A stretch of DNA of 62,494 nucleotides from Neovahlkampfia damariscottae (taxonomy: Eukaryota), in the NCBI GenBank assembly GCA_016618085.1, contig JABLTG010000125.1:1-62494 (forward strand), given 5' to 3'. Every line of letters starts with the position of its first letter. Position 1 is the stretch's first letter. This document shows positions 1 to 10,052 of the stretch, piece by piece. Below the pieces are notes generated by a model. It was not told the DNA's origin, made no database searches, and saw only the letters and a program-made list of their open reading frames with translations. Made by a program: the position numbers and the translations under genes.

Positions 1-178
1 CACTAAAGACTCTTCTAATGTCATCACATCCATAGAGCCTTTTGTTTCCGATTGTTCGGATACAACTAATTTTTCCTTCATTTGCCCATCGTTTGAGTGT
101 TGAATTACAAACTCCGTACTGTTCTCTAATTTTTTTACTGGTGATATACTTTTCATTGCATTGATCATTATTGCTCAT
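1..178 (-). mobile_element. tnpA: 5' part of an IS607-family TnpA (serine recombinase) transposase, N-terminal MerR-like HTH; runs off the left edge
   Basis: Minus-strand ORF from ATG at 178, not in the ORF track: MSNNDQCNEKYITSKKIREQYGVCNSTLKRWANEGKISCIRTIGNKRLYGCDDIRRVFS... This fits the IS607 HTH pattern GV...TL.RW...GKI...RT.G..R.Y. The catalytic domain is outside the window. Confidence 0.8.
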
Positions 179-413
179 CAGCCTGCTCTATTTGTTTTCT
201 TGGCGTCTTTTCTGATTTTTCCATCCATTTATAATTTTTCGGATATATATAGTTCACAAACGATTCCGAATGGTCACTTTGTAACGGAAAAATCAAATAT
301 TCCGATTCAGTTTCAAAGCCAAACCCAATCAAATACCTTGACCAATATTTTTGCTTCTCAGTTCAACTAACCTATTGAAAGACCAATCAAAACAATTTTG
401 TTTCAAACCAAAC

Positions 414-986
414 ATGTCAGACTCAGATGAAGAAATAAAAACAGAAATTCAAATAGAGGTAAAAAAAGCATCAAAATTAATAAAAAAGGCTGAAAACGTG
501 AAACATTATCATTTGTTAATCTTCCAAAAGGAATTAGTCAAAGTACCCCGTGGAATTAGTATTAATCGGTCAAAAGTTGGAAGAAACAAAGTATATATGT
601 CTCTCCTATTTTTGAAAAATGGACAGACAGTTGATAAAATGTTCATTTGTAACGAAAAACTAACAAGGTATCTACCACAATACAGAAATTGTGAACTTTT
701 ATCAATTGAACCTGATTCTTTGTTAATATATGATGATAATGATGACAATTATGAAGAATGTTACAAAGAAATTCCTAAAAAGTTTATCAAAGGGAAAACA
801 GAACAACTCTTAGAAAAAGATTATCAAAATTTTTTGGAATATCAATATGAATACTCAAAGATTAATTTGAGTATTTTTGAATACAATAACGTTACTTATA
901 TCAATTCTTTTGAATTTCAAAAAATTGAAATCATGCCATTCAAAAGAATTCTATTCGATTTACATTTTATTTTTATTGATGTTTGA
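414..986 (+). CDS. Divergent eIF5A-like protein with a degenerate hypusine loop and C-terminal FDLHFIF tail
   Basis: ATG at 414 after CCAAT motifs; similar to 2465-3306 (PQYRNCELLSIE vs PQFRECELLSIE); loop reads INRSKVGRNKV instead of SKTGKHGHAK. Confidence 0.6.
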   Translation: MSDSDEEIKTEIQIEVKKASKLIKKAENVKHYHLLIFQKELVKVPRGISINRSKVGRNKVYMSLLFLKNGQTVDKMFICNEKLTRYLPQYRNCELLSIEPDSLLIYDDNDDNYEECYKEIPKKFIKGKTEQLLEKDYQNFLEYQYEYSKINLSIFEYNNVTYINSFEFQKIEIMPFKRILFDLHFIFIDV

Positions 987-1069
987 ATGGAGAGAAATTT
1001 TACTGAATAAAAAAAAAAATTAATCTTTAAATGTTGAAGGAATTTTAGAAGCAAGAAATTTTTGATCCA

Positions 1070-1486
1070 ATGAGAACTGTTTATAAAATGAAAAACAAAA
1101 GAACTGTGAAGTTTATTTCTGCTTCTTTTTGTTCACTTGGTTTGTTTGCAGGTGCTGGATCAATGTATATGTGGGGTGAAGGAGCACTTTTCAATCAAAT
1201 TTCAAAAGAAAACAAATTGTTTCCTTTGCACGTTTCAGAATTATTAATAACTACTCCTTCTTCAATCATTTCGTCAATAGGAATTTTTAAAATGAAGAAA
1301 TGGGGAATATTTTCCAGTTTTTTTACTTTAGGTATTTATTTATATGGTTCTTGCTTTGTGTTTAGTGAAATATATCAAAGAGAAAAATTTGAATTGAAAT
1401 TGTTCATTCCTTCTCTTTTTGGATTTCTTTTTTCAGTTTTTTGTTTTAGATGGTTGGTCAAAAATTCAAAATTATTTTTAAAATGA
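1070..1486 (+). CDS. Small protein with about 4 transmembrane segments, unknown function
   Basis: Intronless 138-aa ORF with four hydrophobic stretches. Confidence 0.6.
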   Translation: MRTVYKMKNKRTVKFISASFCSLGLFAGAGSMYMWGEGALFNQISKENKLFPLHVSELLITTPSSIISSIGIFKMKKWGIFSSFFTLGIYLYGSCFVFSEIYQREKFELKLFIPSLFGFLFSVFCFRWLVKNSKLFLK

Positions 1487-1614
1487 AACATTGAGTTTTA
1501 TTCAAACCAAAATAACTTGAAGATTCAACACTTGAAGTAAATTTTTAATTTAACCGAGAAGATCTCCTTTGATTGGTTTATTTGTCGTTTTCATCGCTTC
1601 GCTTCACGACACAA

Positions 1615-2297
1615 ATGAAATCAGAATACTATAATATGAAAGATGTTGAAAATTCCACCATGGAATATATTAAACCAAAACCGAGTCTTAATGAAATCAT
1701 TAGGAACATTTTCTGTCCTGAAAAATAGTTTTAAATATTCTTTTTTAAAAATTCTTTATTAGTACTCCATTTAGAGTGGGATGTATAGCTATATCTACAA
1801 TTGCAACTTTAAGTTGTTTTTTATTTTGTTTACTTGTTGCTGGAATTATTGCTCTTTTTATTCACCATGCAGTGGTTGTAAATTATCAAATTCGTTTAAT
1901 TCATGAAGAATTTATTGTAAACAAATTTACTTTTTCTGTTAATTCCTACATTTTAAATGGGAACATTACATATAAAGCCGAATCATTTACAACTGCAAAA
2001 ATTTTTCTTGAGACGGCAACGTTAAATGTTTTTTATAAAGATTACCCATCACTTGGATCCAGTTCAATCAATATTGCAAAATATATTGATATTTCAACTG
2101 ATAAAGCGGTTAATGTAAATTTTCATTTGAATCCCACTTCTCCTGATTCGAAATTGATTCAGGATATGAAGGATGAAATACAAAATTCTGGTTTTCTTCA
2201 ATTAAAAATTGTAGGTGAAATTAAAATATGGTACATGTTTCCAATTTTATTTTCAAAAAATGTAGAATCAATAGAAAACGTATATCCCACTTCTTGA
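1615..2297 (+). CDS. Single-TM LEA_2/WHy-like domain protein (intron 1728-1762)
   Basis: ATG 1615; removing the 35-nt GT-AG intron joins ...CPEK-Y-TPFRVGC to the 1776 ORF; TM followed by a beta-rich domain; same architecture as 35118-35780. Confidence 0.6.
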
Positions 2298-2464
2298 TTT
2301 GAAATAAATTTTCATTCCATGATGATTTTTGTTTCTTGGTTTCGTCATTTTACATGGACATTCCGAGGTCAACAATAAGTTTAAAGCAATTCTAAGTTGT
2401 TGTTCTCCCCAATTCTTTTTGTCCAATAAAAACGTTTTATCAAATTCAGTTGTGAACACTGAAA

Positions 2465-3306
2465 ATGTCAAATTCACAAAGTTCAGAATATCAAGTATCA
2501 ATTAAAGTAACAAAACAAATACTTACAAAAATAGTGCACTGAATTAAAACCAGGTGATGTTTTCATCCATAATTCTACCTACATCATTGTGAATGATTTC
2601 AAATTTTCAAAAAAAGGAGGAGAAACAAAAATGATTATTGAAGGTACTTCATTATTTACTGGTGAAAAAATACAAAAAAAACTTGGTATTCAAAAAAACA
2701 TTACTTTATTCCAAAGAGCCAAGTTGGACTCAAAAAAACTATTCCAGAATGACTTTAATATAGCTGTAATTTGTTGTATTTATTCATTTTAAATTTGATT
2801 AGTGCCAGCATTTGAAAGTAGGTGATATTATCATTGGCCAAAAAAATGAATTAATAAGAATTACAAAATTAAGTCTTTTAACAACAAAGGGAAAGTATGG
2901 ACATACCAAAGTGAACTCAGTTGGAATTGAAATATCAACAGGATTGCAAGTTAATCAAATGTTCAATCAATACCATTCTGTTTATCTTTTAAATCCACAA
3001 TTTCGAGAATGTGAACTTTTATCAATTGAAAATGATCATTATACTATTTTTGATGATAATGAACAAAATGAAGAAAATAAATTCAAAAATATTCAAAAAA
3101 TATTCACAAATGATTTAATGAAATCAAAATTAGAAATTGAATACAAAAATTATTTAGAACATCAATATAACTTTGAATCTGTTTTATTGAGAATATTTGA
3201 TTATAAGGATGATATTTATATTGGTTCATTTGAATTCAAACAAATTGAAATCATGAAAATAATGAGAAAAGATTTTGATATCAATTTTGGTTTTGGGAAA
3301 TTGTGA
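2465..3306 (+). CDS. eIF5A-like protein with a duplicated N-terminal domain (introns 2507-2534, 2766-2802) and C-terminal FDINFGF tail
   Basis: Two repeats start CTELKPGD and CQHLKVGD, each preceded by a phase-0 intron; the second has TTKGKYGHTKV, resembling the hypusine loop KTGKHGHAKV. Confidence 0.7.
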
Positions 3307-3400
3307 TTGACTGAAAAATGAACAACTAAAATAATGAAAATGAAAAAAAAAAGATTTTTCATTTTGATCAAAGTTTAGGAATGTTTGTTTTACAAAACAT

Positions 3401-4877
3401 TTATTGTTGAATAATTATAGTTCCTGTATCATGTGGATCTTTAAAAGGACATCCACAATCCTCTTCATGTTTATCATGTTTCTTTGGTGGATATTTATTA
3501 TTTTCTGGATACTTTATATGTCTCAACCAAAATGCTCTATCAAATGCTTTTAATAAACCATAATGATCTGGATAATGTTCCTTGAAACCATCATCAGTTT
3601 TTAATAAATCAATAACAAATTTGTCTAAATCTTCGTGAGTCTTAAACTCTACTTCTTTTGATTTGATTGTAAATTTTTCAAGGAATTCTTTTTCTGGTCT
3701 AAATTTAATTGATGATTGTCCTTTTGTTCGAATTTGTTTTGTTAAGTATTCTTTAATAGGTCCTTTAAAATCAAATTCTATTTTTAAACGATGTAGAATA
3801 TCCATCACAAATTCTTGACAATTTCCTTCATTTGCCTTTTCATTTGGTTTATCTGTATACAATTTTGTACAATTCCATTCTGCTATCACTGCTGCAATCT
3901 ATTGAAAAAAAAAAATTAAAAAAATGTGTTCAAAGAGTTACCACATCCACAACATCTTCAAGTTTTGATTCTGTTGAAATAGTTTCTAAATCTACTGCGA
4001 ATATAGCTGCTTGTGATGAACATTTTCTTGGAATACATATTCCAGAGTCATTCCAATCAATCATCCAAGGTCCAATCCTGAATAAAATTGTTAATTATCT
4101 TTTTCATCAAATTTTACATTAATCCTGAATGAAACATTCCAAATTCTGGAAGTACATCCAACTTTGAAAGGAAAGGTGAAAATGTATGTCTTACAGTTTT
4201 TCCAACAAAATTTTGTGAAGTCTCTGAGATTATCAGTTTAATTTTAACATCTTTTAATTGAACACTGTCACAAACATGTCAGTTTTTTAATCTTTTTGGT
4301 TACTCAAATTTTGTACCTTCCTCTTCATCTTCTTCCAATTTCTTCAAGTTGAAACTTGAGTTTGAAGATTCAGATTTTGAAGAAAGCATTTTACTTTTTG
4401 GGTTGCTTTTTCTTCCTTCTGTTTCTAAAGATTCCTCCTCTTCATCCTGAGGGAAAGCATCATGAAACTTTTCAAAAGTCAAAAAAAAAAAAAAACTTAC
4501 ATCTTGGAAAAAATGTTAAATCAAAAATTACAAAAAACTTTTTAAAGATGTTTTCCAACTAGTATTTAAATATATCTGTTTTATTTGTTCTTCATCAGAA
4601 AATACATAACAAGCCTCTCTTATTTTTGACTTTACTTTTTTCCTCAAAACATCACTTTTTAAAATCTTGATCAAGATGAAAATTTGTTCGTTTGTCTAAA
4701 AAAATGTTACTTTGATGTCTAATTTTAGTACTAAAATTATTTGTTAATTTTTTTTTTTTTTTTCTCACCTAGCTCTTTTTTTAAAGTTTCCAATTGTTCT
4801 CTATCTTTATCAGAGAACTCGTTGATTATATTATGAAAACTTTTCTCCAAATTCGTATTTGTTTGGCCTTGTCCCAT
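3401..4877 (-). CDS. Permuted papain-like (PPPDE/DeSI/LRAT-type) protein, paralog 1; N-terminal MG (possible myristoylation)
   Basis: Spliced product MGQGQTNTN...FGMFHSGLMIGPWMIDW...EGNCQEFV...LLKAFDRAFWLRH...CPFKDP; His-before-Cys order with NCxxF; needs complex splicing at 4696-4769 and 4468-4538. Confidence 0.7.
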
Positions 4878-5024
4878 TTATTTTTTTTTTCTTTTGATTG
4901 ACAAATCAAAATTGAACACCATTAATTGGCCAATAAAAAGATTTTATTTTATTCAATCAACAAAATTTGTATACTGACAAATCACACTCAGTTGATTAAT
5001 TGTTTATTCAAAAAGAACAAAATT

Positions 5025-6548
5025 TTATTTTGATTGATCAACAATTGAACCAGATTCATGAGGATCGCCAAATGGACAATTCTCTTCATCACCATCCATT
5101 TCTGGATTAAATTTTTCATCATTTTTAAATTTAAAATGTTTCAACCAAAATGCCCTATCAAATGATTTCAAAAGTGCCCAATGATCTTTATAATTTTTTT
5201 GAAAATCAACATCTAATTCTACTAATTCATTTACAAAACTATCTAATTCTTGATGTGTTTTAAACTCTTTTGTTTTTTCTTTAATACCAAAATAATCACG
5301 AAATTGTGAATCCATTTCAAATTGAATTTTACATTTCCCTTCATTACGTAATTTTTTTAAAAATGAACCCAAAGGTCCTTCTAGTTCAATTTTAACATCT
5401 AATTTTTCTAAAATTGCGTTTACAAAATCTTGACAATTTCCTTCATTCTTTTCTCTTTTTGATTGATCTTTATAAATAACATGGGCATTCCAATCACAAA
5501 TTACATCTGCTAAAGCATCAACAACTTCATCAAGTCTATGTTCACTTCCAATAGTATCAATATCAGCTGAAATTAAAGCAGCTTGAGAAACACATTTTCT
5601 TGGAATACAAATACCTGAATCTTTAATAAAATTGTTAAAAAAAAAAATATATTTTTGAATTTACCATTCCAATCAATCATCCAAGGTCCAATCCTATTCA
5701 ATTTATTGTTTTAAAAAATAAAAATGAAAATCATACATTAAAGCAGAATGAAACATTCCAAATTCTGGAATCACATCAAATTTTGATAAAACAGGTGATA
5801 TGAGTTTACGAAAAGTTTTACCTGCTGATGTATGTGAAACTTCAGCAATGACAAGTTTGACCTTAACTTGTTTAAAAGTTACACTTTAAAGAAAATTTTA
5901 AAAAAAAATTTAAGATATACTCTAATTCTTGAAATTCCTTATTCATATCTTTTAAAAAGTTGATTTTAATTTTGTTTTTTTACCTTCAGTGATTATATCT
6001 TCAACTTCTGTTTCTGAAGATTTTGATGAAAAATTAATTCCTCCTTTTGTTGATTTTGATTCTTTATCATCATCAGTAGCAAATTTTTGTTGATACTATG
6101 ATAGTATTTAATAGAAAAAAAAAGAAATTACAATTTTGAAAGACTCTGCCCAATTCGTGTTTAAATAAAGTTGTTTCATTTGTGCAGGACTACTAAATAC
6201 AATTGCTGCCTCTTTAAGTCTATCTTTGACTTTTTCTCTCATTTGTGGATTTCCTAATATTTTCATTAAAACTAATTGTGCTTTTGGCTAGAAATTAAAA
6301 ATTTAAAAAAAAAAAAAAATTACTTCTTGAAGATCAAGTTAATCAAAATCAAGATAAATACCTAAAGAGGATCTCATTGTTTCGAGTTGTTGTTTTTCAG
6401 TTGAATCTAAATTTGCGTAAATTTTTGACCATTTTGCTTCAAGTTCTTTTGTTTCATCTTTTTTAAAATCTTTTGAAGATTCTTTTTTGTTAGGTGATGG
6501 TGTATCTTTTGATTCACTTTTTTTTTTTCCAAAAATTTTTCCAAGCAT
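5025..6548 (-). CDS. Permuted papain-like (PPPDE/LRAT-type) protein, paralog 2
   Basis: MLGKIFGKKK...FGMFHSALMIGPWMIDW...EGNCQDFV...LLKSFDRAFWLKH; seven short GT-AG introns. Confidence 0.7.
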
Positions 6549-6743
6549 TTCAACTCTGATCTGTCAGCGACACGACAATAAAAAAAAACAACCAATAAAA
6601 ATATCAATGAGATGGAGCGGACAAATGAAATTATTTCCCAAACTTAAACGATTTTAGAATCTTCAACAAATGATATTGAACTGACAAAATTAAAAGTTTC
6701 AAGTTTCGGGTCAATTTTGGGGTTTTTTTTATTTTTAAAAAAT

Positions 6744-8134
6744 TTATTTTTGAGAACCAGTCAAGCGAATAGAATTAGTTTCCTGTGGATCATCAAAAGG
6801 ACATCCTAATTGAATATCCACATCTCCATTCTCTTGAGTTTTTTCAATCTTTAAAGGTTTCCAATTATCGTCAGAAGGAAATTTAAAATGTCTTAACCAA
6901 AAAGCTCGATCAAAACTTTTCAAAAGAATCATTTCACTTTTATATTTGAATTCAAACTCTAAATCCTTCTTTTTTAAATCTTGAACAAATACATCCAAAT
7001 CCTTATGTGTTTTAAATTTGACACTGGATTCTTTTAGTTCAAAATCTGTTCGAAATTGATGATCCATATGAAATTCCATATCACATTTTCCTTGTTTTCT
7101 TAATTTCTTTAAAAATTCACCCAAAGAACCATTGTAAATATGATCAGTTTTTACTCCTAATTGATCTAATAAATCGTGAACAAAATCTTGACAATTTCCT
7201 TCTGAGTCTTTTGATGGATTATCTTTATAAGTTTTGTGTACATTCCAGTGAGTAATAAAATTAGCAACCTAAATTTTTTTAAAAAAAAAAAAAGTTACAT
7301 GATCAATTACTTCTTCTAATTTTTTTTCTGAACTAATGGAATCAATATCAGCTGTTAAGAATGCAGCTTTCGACACACATTTTCTTGGTATACATAAAGC
7401 AGAGTTATTCCATTCCAAAAGCCATGGTCCTATTAAAAAAAGTCAAAAAAAAAACAGAAGTCAAATACCAATGAGTATAGCAGAATGAAACATTCCAAAT
7501 TCTGGTAATAAATCGAATGTTGATAATATAGGTGAGATAAATTGACGAAAATTTTTCCTCATATCTGTTTGAGCAACTTCAGCTATAACCAACTTGATTT
7601 TGATTTTATTTTTTTCTGTTTTTCTTGAAAAGTGTAAATTTTTTTTTTTTAATTTACTGTAATTCTGGATTCATTTTTGCGTCTTGAAGAATTTCTTGAC
7701 TCATTGGTTTTAAACCGTCTTCATCTTCGTCTTTTATTTTGATTTCTGCTTCTGTTGATTCAGATTTTGATGAGAAATCTGTTAGATTTTCTTTTGTTGT
7801 ATTTTTTAAATTCTCAGTTTCTTGAGATAAAGTATCATACTTGGATTTTCATTTAAAAAAAATAAAGTCTTACAAATTTAACTGTTTTTACCCAATCTGT
7901 AGTTAGGTAAGTGTCTTTCAAATCTTCAGGTGTTGCTAAAACTTGAGCAAACTTATTTAAAGTTTCTGGTTCATTTTCTAATCTTTGTTTGTAAATTGGA
8001 GAAGAGAGTAATTTAGCAATAACTTCTTTTTTGCCCTATTTTTTAAGTTTTTTTTTAGTATTTGTTACATTCTTTGGAAAATTTTCCAAGTCTTCTTTTG
8101 CATCGTCTTTTTGGAGGTTACTTCCGTTTCCCAT
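6744..8134 (-). CDS. Permuted papain-like (PPPDE/LRAT-type) protein, paralog 3; N-terminal MG
   Basis: MGNGSNLQ...FGMFHSAILIGPWLLEW...EGNCQDFV...LLKSFDRAFWLRH; five GT-AG introns. Confidence 0.7.
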
Positions 8135-8564
8135 TTTTTTATTTTTAGGTTTGACGTGACAGGTTGAATTGATTGGACAACGGTTTGTTTTTAAAAATAG
8201 AGGAATGGTTCACTGAATTACTGAATCAAGAATAGAAAAAGAAAAAGTTAGTTTTATCAAGAACTGTAAATTAAATAATCAAAAAGAAAAAAAATGTTTC
8301 AAAACAATCAACTCAAACAATTCTGAAAGAAAAGAGAAAATAAGGTTAACAAATACTCTCTTTTTCAACTCTTTCAACTAAAAATATATGTTCAACTTCA
8401 ATTCAACTCAAAAAAACAAAACACCAAATTTAGCTATTTTTCAAGAAAAAAAAACTTATTTTGAGGTATTTTTACCATATAATATTAACTTTATTACAAG
8501 TTCTTTTTATTCAAATAACTATTGGTAGATTCAATTTGATCACAAAGAAAAGACTTTTGAAAAT

Positions 8565-9578
8565 ATGAATTCTATTTCATTCTCATTAGATACATCAAAA
8601 CCATTCAAAGTCAAAGAAACAATTGAAGGAAAATTATGTATTTGTTTAAATAGACCTGCTGAAATTATTCAAACCAACTTGAAAATACTTGGTTTTGAAA
8701 AAGTCAATCATCAAACGAATATCTTTTTAAAACAAATCCACGAAACAAAAAAGACAAAATCATGGGACAATAGAACAAATAGTTTAACTAACAAAATTCA
8801 TAAAATTTTTGGATTAAAAGATGAAAGAAATCAACAACAACAGACAGGACTAATAGAATATCCTTTTCAAATTTTGTTACCAAATTTATTACCATCAACT
8901 GTTGAATCACCATATGGAAAAATCAAATATACAATTATTGCTCGAGTTTGGTTGAAATCAGAAAACGGAAGAAAAATATGTCTTCAAACTGAAATTAAAT
9001 TACCCATAAAAGGACAACTAATTCATGAACAATTTATTAATCAAAGAATACCTATTAGAATATCAGGAAAAAAGTCGTTTTTGTTCAGTCCAAAAAGGTT
9101 TTTTTTTAATTTTTCACTGGACAGTAAAATCTTCAAAACTGGTGATCTTATCACAGGTCAATTTCAATTTTTCAATGAAATTCAAAGAGAAGTTTTAAAT
9201 ATACATTTATCATTTCGTCAAAAATATTGGTGGTTTGAAACAGAAGGAGAATTCGGAGGTGGTTCATGGAGAACTGAAGAAATTATTATTTCAAAATTAA
9301 ATTTTAGTTCATTTATTAAAAATTATAAATTTACATTGATAACACCAACTTATTTACCGGAAACGATTTCAAACAAATTTATACAAAAAAGTTCAACTGG
9401 AAAATTACTTCAAATTAGTTATAGAGTAAAAATGAAAATAGATTTTAAATATGCTCTTCCATTAAGAATATCTATACCTGTTATAATTATCAAAAATATT
9501 CAGGAAGATATTTCAAAATTAGCATCAGCTCCTATTTTTGAAGAAGAGGTTCCAGAAGAAACAATAGTAGATTTATGA
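8565..9578 (+). CDS. Arrestin-domain (alpha-arrestin-like) protein; possible extra 5' exon 8388-8465
   Basis: Motifs GLIEYPFQILLPNLLPSTVESPYGKIKYTIIA and LLQISYRVKMKID typical of Arrestin_N/C. Confidence 0.8.
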   Translation: MNSISFSLDTSKPFKVKETIEGKLCICLNRPAEIIQTNLKILGFEKVNHQTNIFLKQIHETKKTKSWDNRTNSLTNKIHKIFGLKDERNQQQQTGLIEYPFQILLPNLLPSTVESPYGKIKYTIIARVWLKSENGRKICLQTEIKLPIKGQLIHEQFINQRIPIRISGKKSFLFSPKRFFFNFSLDSKIFKTGDLITGQFQFFNEIQREVLNIHLSFRQKYWWFETEGEFGGGSWRTEEIIISKLNFSSFIKNYKFTLITPTYLPETISNKFIQKSSTGKLLQISYRVKMKIDFKYALPLRISIPVIIIKNIQEDISKLASAPIFEEEVPEETIVDL

Positions 9579-9675
9579 AAAAATAAAATGTTTGGTTTCT
9601 TTGTATTATTTTTTTTGGGGATCTTTTAATCAATTTAGTTTCTTGTTTGTTACAAAAATTCAAAATTAATTTTAT

Positions 9676-9816
9676 TTATTTTTTTTCTGAAGCTTTGTGG
9701 TCCAAAATCAATTTTCTGAAAAAGAGTGATTGAGCTGCAAGCATAACTTGATGACCAGCTTTTGGTGTTTCGTTAAGTGTATCTTTTTTTTCTTCTTTTT
9801 TATCTGTATCACTCAT
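9676..9816 (-). CDS. 46-aa micro-ORF containing an isolated BTB/POZ core motif
   Basis: MSDTDKKEEKKDTLNETPKAGHQVMLAAQSLFFRKLILDHKASEKK*; AAC-ATG start context and a CCAAT motif about 30 nt upstream, like other genes here; below the ORF-track cutoff. Confidence 0.6.
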   Translation of the reverse strand: MSDTDKKEEKKDTLNETPKAGHQVMLAAQSLFFRKLILDHKASEKK

Positions 9817-10052
9817 GTTGAGAAGTTTTGTTCAAAGTCTTGGTAATTGGTTAATTTTTTAGATTTTTTAAAAAATAAAACAACAAAGAAATATTATATT
9901 TTTTCAGTTCCATGATTAAAATAAAATCATGATACAATTATTCAACCAAAAAATTAAACCATTGGATTAAATTTCTCCCTTGGTATGAGCTGATTGGTAA
10001 ACGTCAAAAGGAATGGACCAATTGAAAAAATTCATCACACAATTTTCACAAC

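Noticed and set aside
4696..4710. 15-nt GT-AG intron (GTAACATTTTTTTAG)
   Set aside because: Much shorter than other introns here; its TAAC looks like the branch site of a longer intron; it would add residues absent from paralog 2. Disfavoured, not excluded.
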